Shown piece after piece: positions 32,242 through 40,697 of a stretch of DNA of 64,000 nucleotides. The stretch spans positions 331,599-395,598 of the forward strand of contig OY970327.1 of the NCBI GenBank assembly GCA_963717365.1. Reading direction: 5' to 3'. The position numbers were made by a program, and so were the translations under genes. The notes under the pieces are model-generated. The model was not told the origin of the DNA. It saw only the letters and a program-made list of their open reading frames with translations, and did not search any database. The stretch is from Candidatus Saccharimonadia bacterium (lineage in GTDB: Bacteria > Patescibacteriota > Saccharimonadia > Saccharimonadales > 2-12-FULL-41-12). Every line of letters starts with the position of its first letter. Position 1 is the first letter of the stretch.

Positions 32242-32322
32242 ATGCAAAAAATTAATACACAGAATTGGTATTTTACACTCCTCGAAAACTCTCGTGGCGG
32301 TTTCTTCTGTGTGTTTGAATAA
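32242..32322 (+). CDS. Leaderless micro-ORF A, 26 aa: MQKINTQNWYFTLLENSRGGFFCVFE
   Basis: The ATG lies exactly 7 nt after the -10 box. The C-terminus GGFFxxFE is shared with micro-ORF B, with synonymous differences. A terminator lies 25 nt after the stop. Confidence 0.55.
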   Translation: MQKINTQNWYFTLLENSRGGFFCVFE

Positions 32323-32347
32323 GTAAAAACTCAAAAGTATTGGAAAG

Positions 32348-32370
32348 ACCGCCATAGGGGCGGTTTTTTT
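32348..32370 (+). terminator. Intrinsic terminator after micro-ORF A
   Basis: ACCGCC (32348-32353) / GGCGGT (32359-32364) followed by T7. Confidence 0.8.
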
Positions 32371-32413
32371 AATGTACAGATAATAATTAACATCATAACG
32401 AAAGAACAAACAG

Positions 32414-33337
32414 ATGAAAGAACAGTTACGGGTTGAACATCCTGAAGTGAGTTTGACCCAACTTGAAAAAATAATAAGCGAGCAGCACATGCCTGTCCGG
32501 CGTAGTCCTCATATTGGCAATCAAAATGCCGCCGAGTTGTGCTTGCAGGCACACATGCCGCCAGGTATTGATGTTTTAGTTGTAGACACCATCACAGGCA
32601 ATGATAACTACTCGTCACCCCGCACGCTTATGCTCCAAAATGGCGTCAGTATCCCTCTAGCAGCCGTAAAAGCCAGTAAACGGGTTGTAAGCCATGTGCT
32701 AGTACGCGACGATATTGCCGATCATGCATCAGAAGAAGTCATAGCAATATTTAACTTACAACCAGGCCGACCAATTGCAGACATCCACCAGGAATCGCTA
32801 AAGCGCCTACAAATACCAAATATGCCAGTACCGATGATGGAATTCTTCATGACTAAGCCGGACGTTTTACATGCGGTCATGGCTGCTGTATGCGAAACTT
32901 CAACTATAAGACGGCAAGTCACCGGGGACGGGAAAATCATACCAGTTGATTCGCAAGCGATAGATTCCGTTTACGGTGTTGAAGATATATCTCCAAAAGA
33001 TCAAGGAGCTATGATTCCACTTAATGGTATGATGGCCGCTGACGTAGTTATGCAGATTACCGATGGTGCTCAAACAAGCCTTCATTTAGGCGGCCCAGAC
33101 ATGATTCAATACACCCGTGATAAGGAGCGAATGGCGGAAGTAGCTAATCTTGTTGGCCGCGCCTTAAGCCTGCTGGGCATGCAGACGGATACGCATTGCC
33201 TGAAAATAGCCGACATGACCTCATACGGCGATCATTTAGACCCTAAGAGCCATGTTTCGCAGCACGCCATGTTGATTCCTGCTGAGATTGGTATACTGAA
33301 AACAACCAACAAGTCCCAAATGAAAGTGATGGTCTAA
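32414..33337 (+). CDS. Hypothetical protein (307 aa), co-oriented with the VanX-like gene
   Basis: Intact ORF 3 nt upstream of the next gene. No recognisable motif. Confidence 0.65.
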   Translation: MKEQLRVEHPEVSLTQLEKIISEQHMPVRRSPHIGNQNAAELCLQAHMPPGIDVLVVDTITGNDNYSSPRTLMLQNGVSIPLAAVKASKRVVSHVLVRDDIADHASEEVIAIFNLQPGRPIADIHQESLKRLQIPNMPVPMMEFFMTKPDVLHAVMAAVCETSTIRRQVTGDGKIIPVDSQAIDSVYGVEDISPKDQGAMIPLNGMMAADVVMQITDGAQTSLHLGGPDMIQYTRDKERMAEVANLVGRALSLLGMQTDTHCLKIADMTSYGDHLDPKSHVSQHAMLIPAEIGILKTTNKSQMKVMV

Positions 33338-33340
33338 ACA

Positions 33341-34087
33341 ATGCAAATAACTGAAGCGACTTCGGCCAATGAGATTGATGTTTATCAGCGAAGTAAATTT
33401 AGCTATCGCACCTTGGCACAGACGGTACCTATCCAAGATAATGGCGAAGCAATGGTAATCGTTTTAGAAACTGACCGACTACTGCTTCAGCCGTTCTGGG
33501 AAATCCCTGGCGATCTAGAAGGCGATTTATACCAGTCCTACATCGCCAAAAACCCTGATTTTACCATGATGGTACGTAGAACAGTGGCTCAGAAGCTCAA
33601 CCTGGCTGCCCAGACTTTGCCTGCTGACTGGAAGTTAGTAATAAAAGCCGGCTATCGACCGCTAACTGTGCAACATACCCTCCTTGCCGAAGTTGCTCGA
33701 CAAATAAAAGCAAAAACTCCTGGTATGTCAGATGTCCAGACAATGCAGCACGCCCGTACTTTTGTAACCGATCCTGCAATTATGTGCCCACCGCATTGCA
33801 CCGGTGCAGCCATTGACGTCAATATCATTAATGCAGCTACTGGAACCCCTATCGATATGGGCTGCCCGCCTAATACGGACAATGAGCTGGCTTTTACCCA
33901 TTACTCTGGGCTTACAGCCGGACAAGTTAGTAACCGAGCTGTATTACTTGAGACTATGTTTGAAGCCGGCTTTGCCAACTTAGCTCATGAATGGTGGCAC
34001 TTTAGCTACGGTGATCAGTACTGGGCAGCATTTTATAGTAGGCCATATGCTCTTTTTAACCTAGTTGATGAACATAACCTATCTTAG
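33341..34087 (+). CDS. D-alanyl-D-alanine dipeptidase-like zinc peptidase (M15, VanX/DdpX-like)
   Basis: ...IKAGYRPLTVQ..., PPHCTGAAIDV (HxxGxAxD) and HEWWHFSYGD (ExxH) match the layout of VanX/DdpX metal and catalytic motifs. Confidence 0.75.
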   Translation: MQITEATSANEIDVYQRSKFSYRTLAQTVPIQDNGEAMVIVLETDRLLLQPFWEIPGDLEGDLYQSYIAKNPDFTMMVRRTVAQKLNLAAQTLPADWKLVIKAGYRPLTVQHTLLAEVARQIKAKTPGMSDVQTMQHARTFVTDPAIMCPPHCTGAAIDVNIINAATGTPIDMGCPPNTDNELAFTHYSGLTAGQVSNRAVLLETMFEAGFANLAHEWWHFSYGDQYWAAFYSRPYALFNLVDEHNLS

Positions 34088-34098
34088 ACAATTTAGGT

Positions 34099-34126
34099 TT
34101 GCAATTTTAACAATACGTGATATTAT
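34099..34126 (+). promoter_or_regulatory. Promoter of micro-ORF B
   Basis: TTGCAA (34099-34104), 16 nt, extended -10 TGaTATTAT (34118-34126). Confidence 0.55.
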
Positions 34127-34133
34127 CTAAATT

Positions 34134-34217
34134 ATGTTAAATATATTACATACATACGTGAAGCCAGGTATTATGACCCAGCCCTCCAGTGGCGGCTTTT
34201 TTCATATGTTTGAATAA
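34134..34217 (+). CDS. Leaderless micro-ORF B, 27 aa: MLNILHTYVKPGIMTQPSSGGFFHMFE
   Basis: The ATG lies exactly 7 nt after the -10 box. It shares GTGGCGG-N11-TGTTTGAATAA with micro-ORF A. A terminator lies 26 nt after the stop. Confidence 0.55.
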   Translation: MLNILHTYVKPGIMTQPSSGGFFHMFE

Positions 34218-34243
34218 TATACACAATTGAACCTATCAATAAA

Positions 34244-34267
34244 GTCGCCTAACCAGGCGGCTTTTTT
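34244..34267 (+). terminator. Intrinsic terminator after micro-ORF B
   Basis: GTCGCC (34244-34249) / GGCGGC (34256-34261, one G-U pair) followed by T6. Confidence 0.75.
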
Positions 34268-34299
34268 AATATAAAACTAATAATAAATAAGGAGCTATC

Positions 34300-34539
34300 A
34301 TGAGTGAAGTAATGACCTACCAGTCTGAACTAGAAACTGATCTGGACTTACTATATCTGGTTGATTCATATACAGCTGAACGAGCCAGTCAAACGCAGTA
34401 TGCCCAAGAAAACAGTGGCGTAGAGGCACAACGCTTGGCTTTGTGGAGACTTGGCGCTGTTGCGTTGACCACAGACGAAGCATTGCTGTTGCAATTTGCC
34501 CAGTCTACACGCAACTGTCAGCTAACAGAGCAGCTATAA
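34300..34539 (+). CDS. Hypothetical small acidic protein (79 aa) upstream of trpS
   Basis: AAGGAG SD lies 5 nt upstream of the ATG. No known family. Confidence 0.55.
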   Translation: MSEVMTYQSELETDLDLLYLVDSYTAERASQTQYAQENSGVEAQRLALWRLGAVALTTDEALLLQFAQSTRNCQLTEQL

Positions 34540-34580
34540 AATAAGGTAACTTCCGTTACTGTTAAGGTATAATAAGGTAA

Positions 34581-35615
34581 ATGACTAAACCAGTAATTCT
34601 CACCGGCTTGCGAGCCAATAACGATCTGCAAATAGGTAACTATTTTGGAGCCCTGGTTCCGCTTATCAATTTGGCAAATAAACATGCCGGTGAGTATCAA
34701 ATCAATTTGTTTGTGCCTGATCTACATAGTTTCACGACACCAATAGACCACACTCAATTACAGGCACAGATTATGGGAAATTTGCGTATTTTTGTTGCAG
34801 CTGGATTACCAATTACTAATCCCGATGTGCATATCTATCGCCAAAGTTATATTCCAGCCCATAGCGAGCTTGCCTGGATCATCGATTGCTTTACCGGTTT
34901 TGGAGAATTAAGCCGTATGACGGAGTTCAAAGATAAGTCCTCGCGTCTGGGTGTAGACCATATCGGTGTAGGTCAGTTTAACTATCCCGCACTTATGGCT
35001 GCAGATATGCTACTCTACAATGCCGAATATGTACCAGTAGGCGATGATCAGCGTCAACACATAGAATTTACTCGCATGATTGGCGAACGAATGAACAGCC
35101 GTTTTGGTGAGTTATTTATTGTGCCGCTTTCTATGAAAAAACAAGCTGAATTCTTTGGCGTCGAAGGCGGTGAAGCACTACGCATCATGGATCTAACTGA
35201 CCCACTTAAAAAGATGAGCAAAAGCGATGAAAGTGGCAAAGGAATTATTTTTCTTGGTGACGAACCAGAAATTGCCAGCAAAAAAATAATGAGTGCCGCG
35301 ACTGACAGTTTGCAAGACATCCAATACGATCCAGCTACTAGGCCCGGTATCAGTAATCTGCTTACCATCCTGGCGCTTTTACGCAACGTTCCACGGCAAC
35401 AAATTGTAGATGTATTTGCAGGTCAATCTTCTTATGGAGAGTTTAAATCAGTGGTAGCTAAAGAGACGGCTGACTTTTTGGCAGCTTTTCAAACTCGACT
35501 CTCGCAGGTAGACGACAGAGTTATACTCGATACATTGGCATCCTCGGAGGAAGCAATGAATCAAACCGCTAATCAGACGCTGCAACGCGTCCAAAAAGCC
35601 GTCGGATTGAGATAA
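34581..35615 (+). CDS. trpS: Tryptophan--tRNA ligase
   Basis: Class I aaRS with a TrpRS-type N-terminus (...LQIGNYFGA..., the TIGN variant of HIGH) and KMSKS (KKMSKSD). Confidence 0.92.
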   Translation: MTKPVILTGLRANNDLQIGNYFGALVPLINLANKHAGEYQINLFVPDLHSFTTPIDHTQLQAQIMGNLRIFVAAGLPITNPDVHIYRQSYIPAHSELAWIIDCFTGFGELSRMTEFKDKSSRLGVDHIGVGQFNYPALMAADMLLYNAEYVPVGDDQRQHIEFTRMIGERMNSRFGELFIVPLSMKKQAEFFGVEGGEALRIMDLTDPLKKMSKSDESGKGIIFLGDEPEIASKKIMSAATDSLQDIQYDPATRPGISNLLTILALLRNVPRQQIVDVFAGQSSYGEFKSVVAKETADFLAAFQTRLSQVDDRVILDTLASSEEAMNQTANQTLQRVQKAVGLR

Positions 35616-35616
35616 C

Positions 35617-36513
35617 ATGGACTTAAATACAGCTGAAAAACCCTATCATTCACTTCGACTTGACTCGTATATATCTACATTACAACCTGATATAAGCAGA
35701 GCGCAGCTACAGCGTCTAATAAAGAACGGTAAAGTCCGCGTTGACGGTCAAGTACAGCAAAAAAATGGCTTTATGGTTAAGGAATCTATGAGTGTTCAGA
35801 TTGATTATGATTTTAATAAAAAGATCAGGCTTGAAGATCCCGATATTACCGTTCTATATGAAGATAAGGATTGTGTAGTAATTGATAAACCGTTAGGGAT
35901 TTTAACGCACAGTAAAGGCGTTTTTAACCCGGAGTCTAGTGTTGCTAGCTGGCTGGCTAATCGTCCTAATTTTAGCTTTCCAGCCGTTGGACCGACCGAC
36001 AATCCGCGGGCCGGCATAGTACATCGTTTGGATCGGGCAACCAGCGGTGTAATGATTGCCGCCAAAAACCAAGCTGCCTTAACGCATTTACAAAAACAAT
36101 TCCAAGACCGGAAGGCAAAAAAAACTTATATAGCGCGAGTGGCCGGTGAGATTACGCCGTCAGAAGCCCTGATAGACGTACCGATTGAACGCAATCCCAA
36201 AATGCCTCAGCGATTCAGAGTTGGCCACAATGGCAAGTCTGCCCAAACTAACTATAAAGTTATGCAAACTGTAACGCAAAATAGTGAAATAGATAGTGTC
36301 GTGGAACTCAAGCCATATACTGGACGCACGCATCAGCTACGAGTTCATTTAGAGTACATAAAGCATCCTATCGTTGGTGATACATTTTATGATGGTCGCC
36401 CGGCCGAACGATTATTTTTACATGCCCACCAGCTTGAAATTACCTTACCAAACCGAGAACGGGTTATATTTACTTCTAACACACCAGAAATATTTTTTAA
36501 GCCTGATCTATGA
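35617..36513 (+). CDS. RluA/RluD-family pseudouridine synthase with N-terminal S4 domain
   Basis: Catalytic motif HRLDRATSGVMIAAKN. 298 aa. Confidence 0.88.
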   Translation: MDLNTAEKPYHSLRLDSYISTLQPDISRAQLQRLIKNGKVRVDGQVQQKNGFMVKESMSVQIDYDFNKKIRLEDPDITVLYEDKDCVVIDKPLGILTHSKGVFNPESSVASWLANRPNFSFPAVGPTDNPRAGIVHRLDRATSGVMIAAKNQAALTHLQKQFQDRKAKKTYIARVAGEITPSEALIDVPIERNPKMPQRFRVGHNGKSAQTNYKVMQTVTQNSEIDSVVELKPYTGRTHQLRVHLEYIKHPIVGDTFYDGRPAERLFLHAHQLEITLPNRERVIFTSNTPEIFFKPDL

Positions 36514-37379
36514 ACAATACATTACTCGTCCATAACCAAACTATTCGGCAAATTGAGCAGTTTTTTACTTCGCCTTCACACTCGCTCGGTTTATGTGGAG
36601 ATAATGGCTCAGGCAAAGGCTATGCTGCTCGCTATATCTGCGCTCATTTACTACAGATTTCTATTGAAAAAACACTTGAGCATCCTTATATACTTATATT
36701 AGACGCTGGTCGCCAAAAGACGGGAATTGATGATATTCGAGAAGTCCAAAAATTCCTAACCTTGACAGTTCCCGGCACCACCATACTAAAGAGAGCTGTC
36801 ATTATTGAGCATTTAGATATGCTTGGACATGAAGCTCAAAATTCATTGCTAAAAACGCTTGAGGAACCCCCAGTTGACAGTGTAATAATAGTCACCTATC
36901 AACGCGACACATCGTTGTTATCTACTATTCATTCGCGTTTGCAGAGAATCCAGATTTTACCAGTAGAAAAAGATAAGGCAAGCCAATACTTCTCTCAGTA
37001 TCCCGATAACGAGTTTAACAAGGCGTTCACGATTAGCAACGGGTTAGTTGGTCTGCTGTCGGCTTTGATAACACAACAAGCTGAGCATCCTTTGCTTGAG
37101 GGGATTGGTAAGGCCCGCGAGATTATTATGGCAACACGTTTGCAACGATTAGGCATGGTTGAAAATTTAACTAAGAACCCAGCTTTGTCACCAGGTATTG
37201 TCTTAGACGGCTTGTACCGCCTACTCTATGCCAGTTACCAACAAACACTTAAGTCACAATCAAATAATCAATTACAGCCGGTTATGGCACGGTTACGACT
37301 CATAGAACAAGCTATTAGTGATCTTGATAAGAACGTTCAGGCTAAACTAGTGTTTAGTCGCTTATTTCTTGAACTCTAA
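36510..37379 (+). CDS. holB: DNA polymerase III delta' subunit-like AAA+ protein
   Basis: P-loop GDNGSGKG, ...LLKTLEEPP... and SRLQRI sensor motifs typical of clamp-loader delta'. Confidence 0.75.
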   Translation: MNNTLLVHNQTIRQIEQFFTSPSHSLGLCGDNGSGKGYAARYICAHLLQISIEKTLEHPYILILDAGRQKTGIDDIREVQKFLTLTVPGTTILKRAVIIEHLDMLGHEAQNSLLKTLEEPPVDSVIIVTYQRDTSLLSTIHSRLQRIQILPVEKDKASQYFSQYPDNEFNKAFTISNGLVGLLSALITQQAEHPLLEGIGKAREIIMATRLQRLGMVENLTKNPALSPGIVLDGLYRLLYASYQQTLKSQSNNQLQPVMARLRLIEQAISDLDKNVQAKLVFSRLFLEL

Positions 37380-37426
37380 GCGCCTAACATATCCAACTTG
37401 TCAGATAGATTATGTTGGGGTGTAAA

Positions 37427-37435
37427 TGGTATAAT
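37427..37435 (+). promoter_or_regulatory. Extended -10 promoter of the TPR gene (leaderless layout)
   Basis: TGgTATAAT (37427-37435), then 7 nt to ATG 37443. No SD. Confidence 0.5.
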
Positions 37436-37442
37436 ACTGAGC

Positions 37443-38090
37443 ATGTACGAACTAGCTCTTTTACTTGGTCTTGGCATTTTTACGATGCGGTCATTTAAAT
37501 CACAACAAGAAGAAGTCGAAGTTCATCATTTTGGTGACAGAATTGGAAAGCTCTGGGATATTGTTCACCAAGGCATGCGAGAAAATCGCTTATTACGAGC
37601 TGAAAAGGCGTTATTAACTATACTTAAAATTGATGAAAAGAACGCGGCAGCCTATAACCGCCTTGGCATACTTTACGCAAAACAAAAGGAGTACAAAGAC
37701 GCGATTGATTGCTTTGAGATTGCCTGTAGTATAGAACCAACTGCTTCCAGCCTGCACAACCTTGGATTGATTTATTATGAAACAGAAAATTACCAGAAGG
37801 CAGTCATTGCTTTTGAAGAAGCATTAAAATTAGAAGATACCATGGCAGCCCGTCATATTGCGCTGGCTAAAGCGCTTGAGCGCCTTGGCAATGAAAAGGC
37901 AATGATAGAGAAACTGGAGCACGCAGCTGAAATTGAACCAAATAAAGAAACATTCACCATCTTGTCTCGTAGTTACCGCTCATTAGGCATGGGTGACAAA
38001 GCTGACATTATAGAGGATAGGCTATCTAAATTAATCATTCCTGCACACCGCCAAAAGACAGCCAAACACCCTAAGCGAGTTGTTTTGTAG
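37443..38090 (+). CDS. Membrane-anchored TPR-repeat protein
   Basis: N-terminal TM helix (LALLLGLGIFTM) and TPR-like repeats (AAYNRLGILYAKQKEYKDAIDCFEIA...). The start is set at ATG 37443 from promoter geometry. Confidence 0.75.
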   Translation: MYELALLLGLGIFTMRSFKSQQEEVEVHHFGDRIGKLWDIVHQGMRENRLLRAEKALLTILKIDEKNAAAYNRLGILYAKQKEYKDAIDCFEIACSIEPTASSLHNLGLIYYETENYQKAVIAFEEALKLEDTMAARHIALAKALERLGNEKAMIEKLEHAAEIEPNKETFTILSRSYRSLGMGDKADIIEDRLSKLIIPAHRQKTAKHPKRVVL

Positions 38091-38134
38091 CCATTATTTT
38101 TTGAAAGGCGTTGGAGCTCAGGTAAATAATACTA

Positions 38135-38163
38135 TTGACATATAAGCATTGAAGGTGTATAAT
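38135..38163 (+). promoter_or_regulatory. Consensus sigma70-type promoter
   Basis: TTGACA (38135-38140), 17 nt, TATAAT (38158-38163). Confidence 0.6.
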
Positions 38164-38195
38164 AGTATTAAATAGATAGGCAAAGGTTGGCGAAA

Positions 38196-38966
38196 ATGTT
38201 ATTGGCAGACTACAAACGCGTTATTGAAATCGATTCTACGATTAATGATCTGCATGAACAGCTTAGCTCACTTTATAATGAGCGCGCTAACATTGTATTT
38301 GCCCCTGAAGAGTTACAATCAACTCCTGAACTAACTACCATCAATACACGACAGACAATTGGAACAACTATAGATAACAAGTGGGAATTGTCTTCTTATA
38401 ATGAACTAAGGCAGATCTGGGCTGATTTTGATATTGTAATCCCAATCTTTAATAAGTTACAGCCAAAACTATTAAATGCTAAACGAGCAATCAGTAATTT
38501 GCAGTTACAGCTACAGGACAGTTCTTTTACGCTATTACTGGTTCCGCCAGCCGTCATTATTCATAAGCTTGTGAAGAACGGAATTTTTGAGCAAAACGGT
38601 GTTAATCTTGCTGCCATACAGCAAACCGTACGTACCGCCAAGAGCCGTTCTTGGACACTGCATATTGTAGCAACAGATCCAATCACTGTTACCTCTGAGA
38701 GTGAACTGCTTGTTGCCGATAACCACCAGCGTATTTCTGGTTATGAGATGTCCGGCCTGAGCACCACTGAATATGCCATCTATGTACTAACAAATCCCCA
38801 GATTGTCGACGAAAATTCATGGAGTATTTTAACCCGCAGCATAAATGCCAAAGAGGGGACAATCACCTGTGTATCGTATCTCGGCAACAGCTATCAATTT
38901 GAAAATGATTTGGTAGACGTACTGATTGGAAATAATCATTTTCGACCTGCCATGGAAATAAAGTAA
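38196..38966 (+). CDS. Hypothetical protein (256 aa)
   Basis: Intact ORF. ATG 38196 lies 9 nt after AAAGG. The track start at 38187 is a TTG. No domain recognised. Confidence 0.6.
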   Translation: MLLADYKRVIEIDSTINDLHEQLSSLYNERANIVFAPEELQSTPELTTINTRQTIGTTIDNKWELSSYNELRQIWADFDIVIPIFNKLQPKLLNAKRAISNLQLQLQDSSFTLLLVPPAVIIHKLVKNGIFEQNGVNLAAIQQTVRTAKSRSWTLHIVATDPITVTSESELLVADNHQRISGYEMSGLSTTEYAIYVLTNPQIVDENSWSILTRSINAKEGTITCVSYLGNSYQFENDLVDVLIGNNHFRPAMEIK

Positions 38967-38975
38967 GGAAACCAC

Positions 38976-39239
38976 ATGAATAATGATCCGCTGCAAGGCA
39001 TACTCTTTAACGCTCACCGAACAATTCGTTTCCGCGACCCGCTAACTCGATCTGAAAAAATAATATTTGTCTTAAAGAAACTAAGAAATTCGTCACAATA
39101 TACGCAGGTTAAACGATTCAAGCAAACGAGTAACCGACCAACCTTTAGCACTAATCTCATGCCAAAACATATTACAACCGCCACGCTGAATTCAGAAGTT
39201 AGCACCAGCCGTTCTACCCGCACGATAGTTGTAAAATAA
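38976..39239 (+). CDS. Hypothetical basic protein (87 aa), weak call
   Basis: ATG follows AAGGAA. Low-complexity basic sequence, with an equally long antisense ORF. Confidence 0.3.
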   Translation: MNNDPLQGILFNAHRTIRFRDPLTRSEKIIFVLKKLRNSSQYTQVKRFKQTSNRPTFSTNLMPKHITTATLNSEVSTSRSTRTIVVK

Positions 39240-39255
39240 CTGCAAGCAGATAAAT

Positions 39256-40689
39256 TTATTCAATTTCTTCCATGCTTACCGGCATATGTACTTCGCTTTT
39301 GCGGTAGCCAATACCAATGGGGTATTCACCATTAAAGCAAGATAAGTTAAACATATCAGGGGGAAGTCCAGTAGCCTCTACGGTACGGCTGAGCGAAAGA
39401 AATCCAAGATAATTACATTCAATTTTGTCACGCATTTCTTCAATGGTAAGGTTAGCAGCCGCAAGTTCTGACTGCTTGGGTGTGTCAATGCCGTAATAAT
39501 CTGGAAATCGCACTGGCGGGGAAGCGATCAAAGCGGAAACTGTGCGCGCTCCGCATAACTTCGCCAGCTTAACCAGGTTGGGCAAGGTATTGAGTCGCAC
39601 AACGGAGTCATCAATTAAAATAACATCTTTACCTTTAACTGCCTCTGGAATCATATTATGTTTTCTGCGAAGCTGCTGCTTGCGCTGTACTTGGTCAGGG
39701 TACATAAACGTTCTTCCGATATAGCGGTTTTTAATTACCGCATGTCGATGCATAACACCCAGTCTTTCGGCGTAGCCTTCGGCAGCCGGTGTTGAAGTAT
39801 CTGGGATAGGTACTACGACCACATTATCTAACTTATCGGTGATTGGCGGATGTTGGTCAGCTAACTGATAACCAAAATTGCGCCTAACTTCATTGACGCT
39901 TTTGTCATATAAACGACTGTCATGACGGGCAAAATACACAAATTCAAACATATCGAGTTTAGATTTACCATCAGATATTTGCCGTGACTCTACCGAGCCA
40001 TCTCTTGCTATAATCACCATTTCGCCAGGTCCAACTTCACGGTCATAGGTCGCGTCAATTATATCTAACGCGCATGTCTCAGATGCAATAACTTTACCAT
40101 CCTCAAAGCTTCCCATAGCAAGTGGCCGAATACCTTTTGAATCACGAAAAGCCACAACCAAGTCATCATGCATAGCAACACAGGAAAATGCCCCTTTAAA
40201 TAATGGATAAGCAAGTTCCACGGCAGATGGTAGGTCTTGACCCCCGCGTATCTGCTGCGCTATGGCTAAGCCCATCATCTCGGAATCATTAATTTTTGTA
40301 GTCTTAATGTTGTTACTTGATAAATATCTCTCTAAAAATGTTGTAATTGGCAAATTTCCGTTGTGACCTAAGGCAAAGCCAACCGATGGATCCTTGTAGG
40401 GTTGCGGGTGCCTAAGCTTAGAGCCCGATGTGGAGTACCGATTATGCCCAATTGCTATTTTGCCCGCTAGACGCCGTATATCTTTGGCAGCGTAAACGTC
40501 ACGAACTAGTCCACGTTCGCGGTGCGACTGTAGGTGCCCATCAGAGGTCAAACTAGCAATACCGCTCGCTTCCGCACCTCTGTGTTGCATTGCAAATAGA
40601 TTTTCGTAAACAAGTTCTGAGGCCGATATTTCTGGATCGTTTGTAACGATCGCAGCAACCCCGCATTTCTCTCTTGCTTCCAATGCCAT
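39256..40689 (-). CDS. purF: Amidophosphoribosyltransferase-like protein (class II glutamine amidotransferase + PRTase)
   Basis: The N-terminus ...EKCGVAAIV carries the Ntn Cys after a short propeptide. HNRYSTSG and HNGNL are present. The PRPP loop is VILIDDSVVRLNT and the C-terminus has ...FNGEYP. Confidence 0.85.
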   Translation of the reverse strand: MALEAREKCGVAAIVTNDPEISASELVYENLFAMQHRGAEASGIASLTSDGHLQSHRERGLVRDVYAAKDIRRLAGKIAIGHNRYSTSGSKLRHPQPYKDPSVGFALGHNGNLPITTFLERYLSSNNIKTTKINDSEMMGLAIAQQIRGGQDLPSAVELAYPLFKGAFSCVAMHDDLVVAFRDSKGIRPLAMGSFEDGKVIASETCALDIIDATYDREVGPGEMVIIARDGSVESRQISDGKSKLDMFEFVYFARHDSRLYDKSVNEVRRNFGYQLADQHPPITDKLDNVVVVPIPDTSTPAAEGYAERLGVMHRHAVIKNRYIGRTFMYPDQVQRKQQLRRKHNMIPEAVKGKDVILIDDSVVRLNTLPNLVKLAKLCGARTVSALIASPPVRFPDYYGIDTPKQSELAAANLTIEEMRDKIECNYLGFLSLSRTVEATGLPPDMFNLSCFNGEYPIGIGYRKSEVHMPVSMEEIE

Positions 40690-40697
40690 TGCTTTGA

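Noticed and set aside
32257-32312. Pure riboswitch/sRNA interpretation of elements A and B (helix ACACAGAA/TTCTGTGT, shared GGTATT block)
   Set aside because: Not fully excluded. The GGTATT blocks fall in different reading frames and at different distances (27 vs 22 nt) from GTGGCGG. I could not derive a common fold. The synonymous-only differences in the GGFF codons favour a coding explanation.
34099-34580. T-box riboswitch upstream of trpS
   Set aside because: A terminator-containing leader precedes trpS. However, it is only about 135 nt long, lacks the conserved T-box sequence (AAxxGGGTGGTACCGCG-like) and a specifier-loop architecture, and is paralogous to the element upstream of an unrelated cassette. 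It is better explained as a micro-ORF/terminator module.
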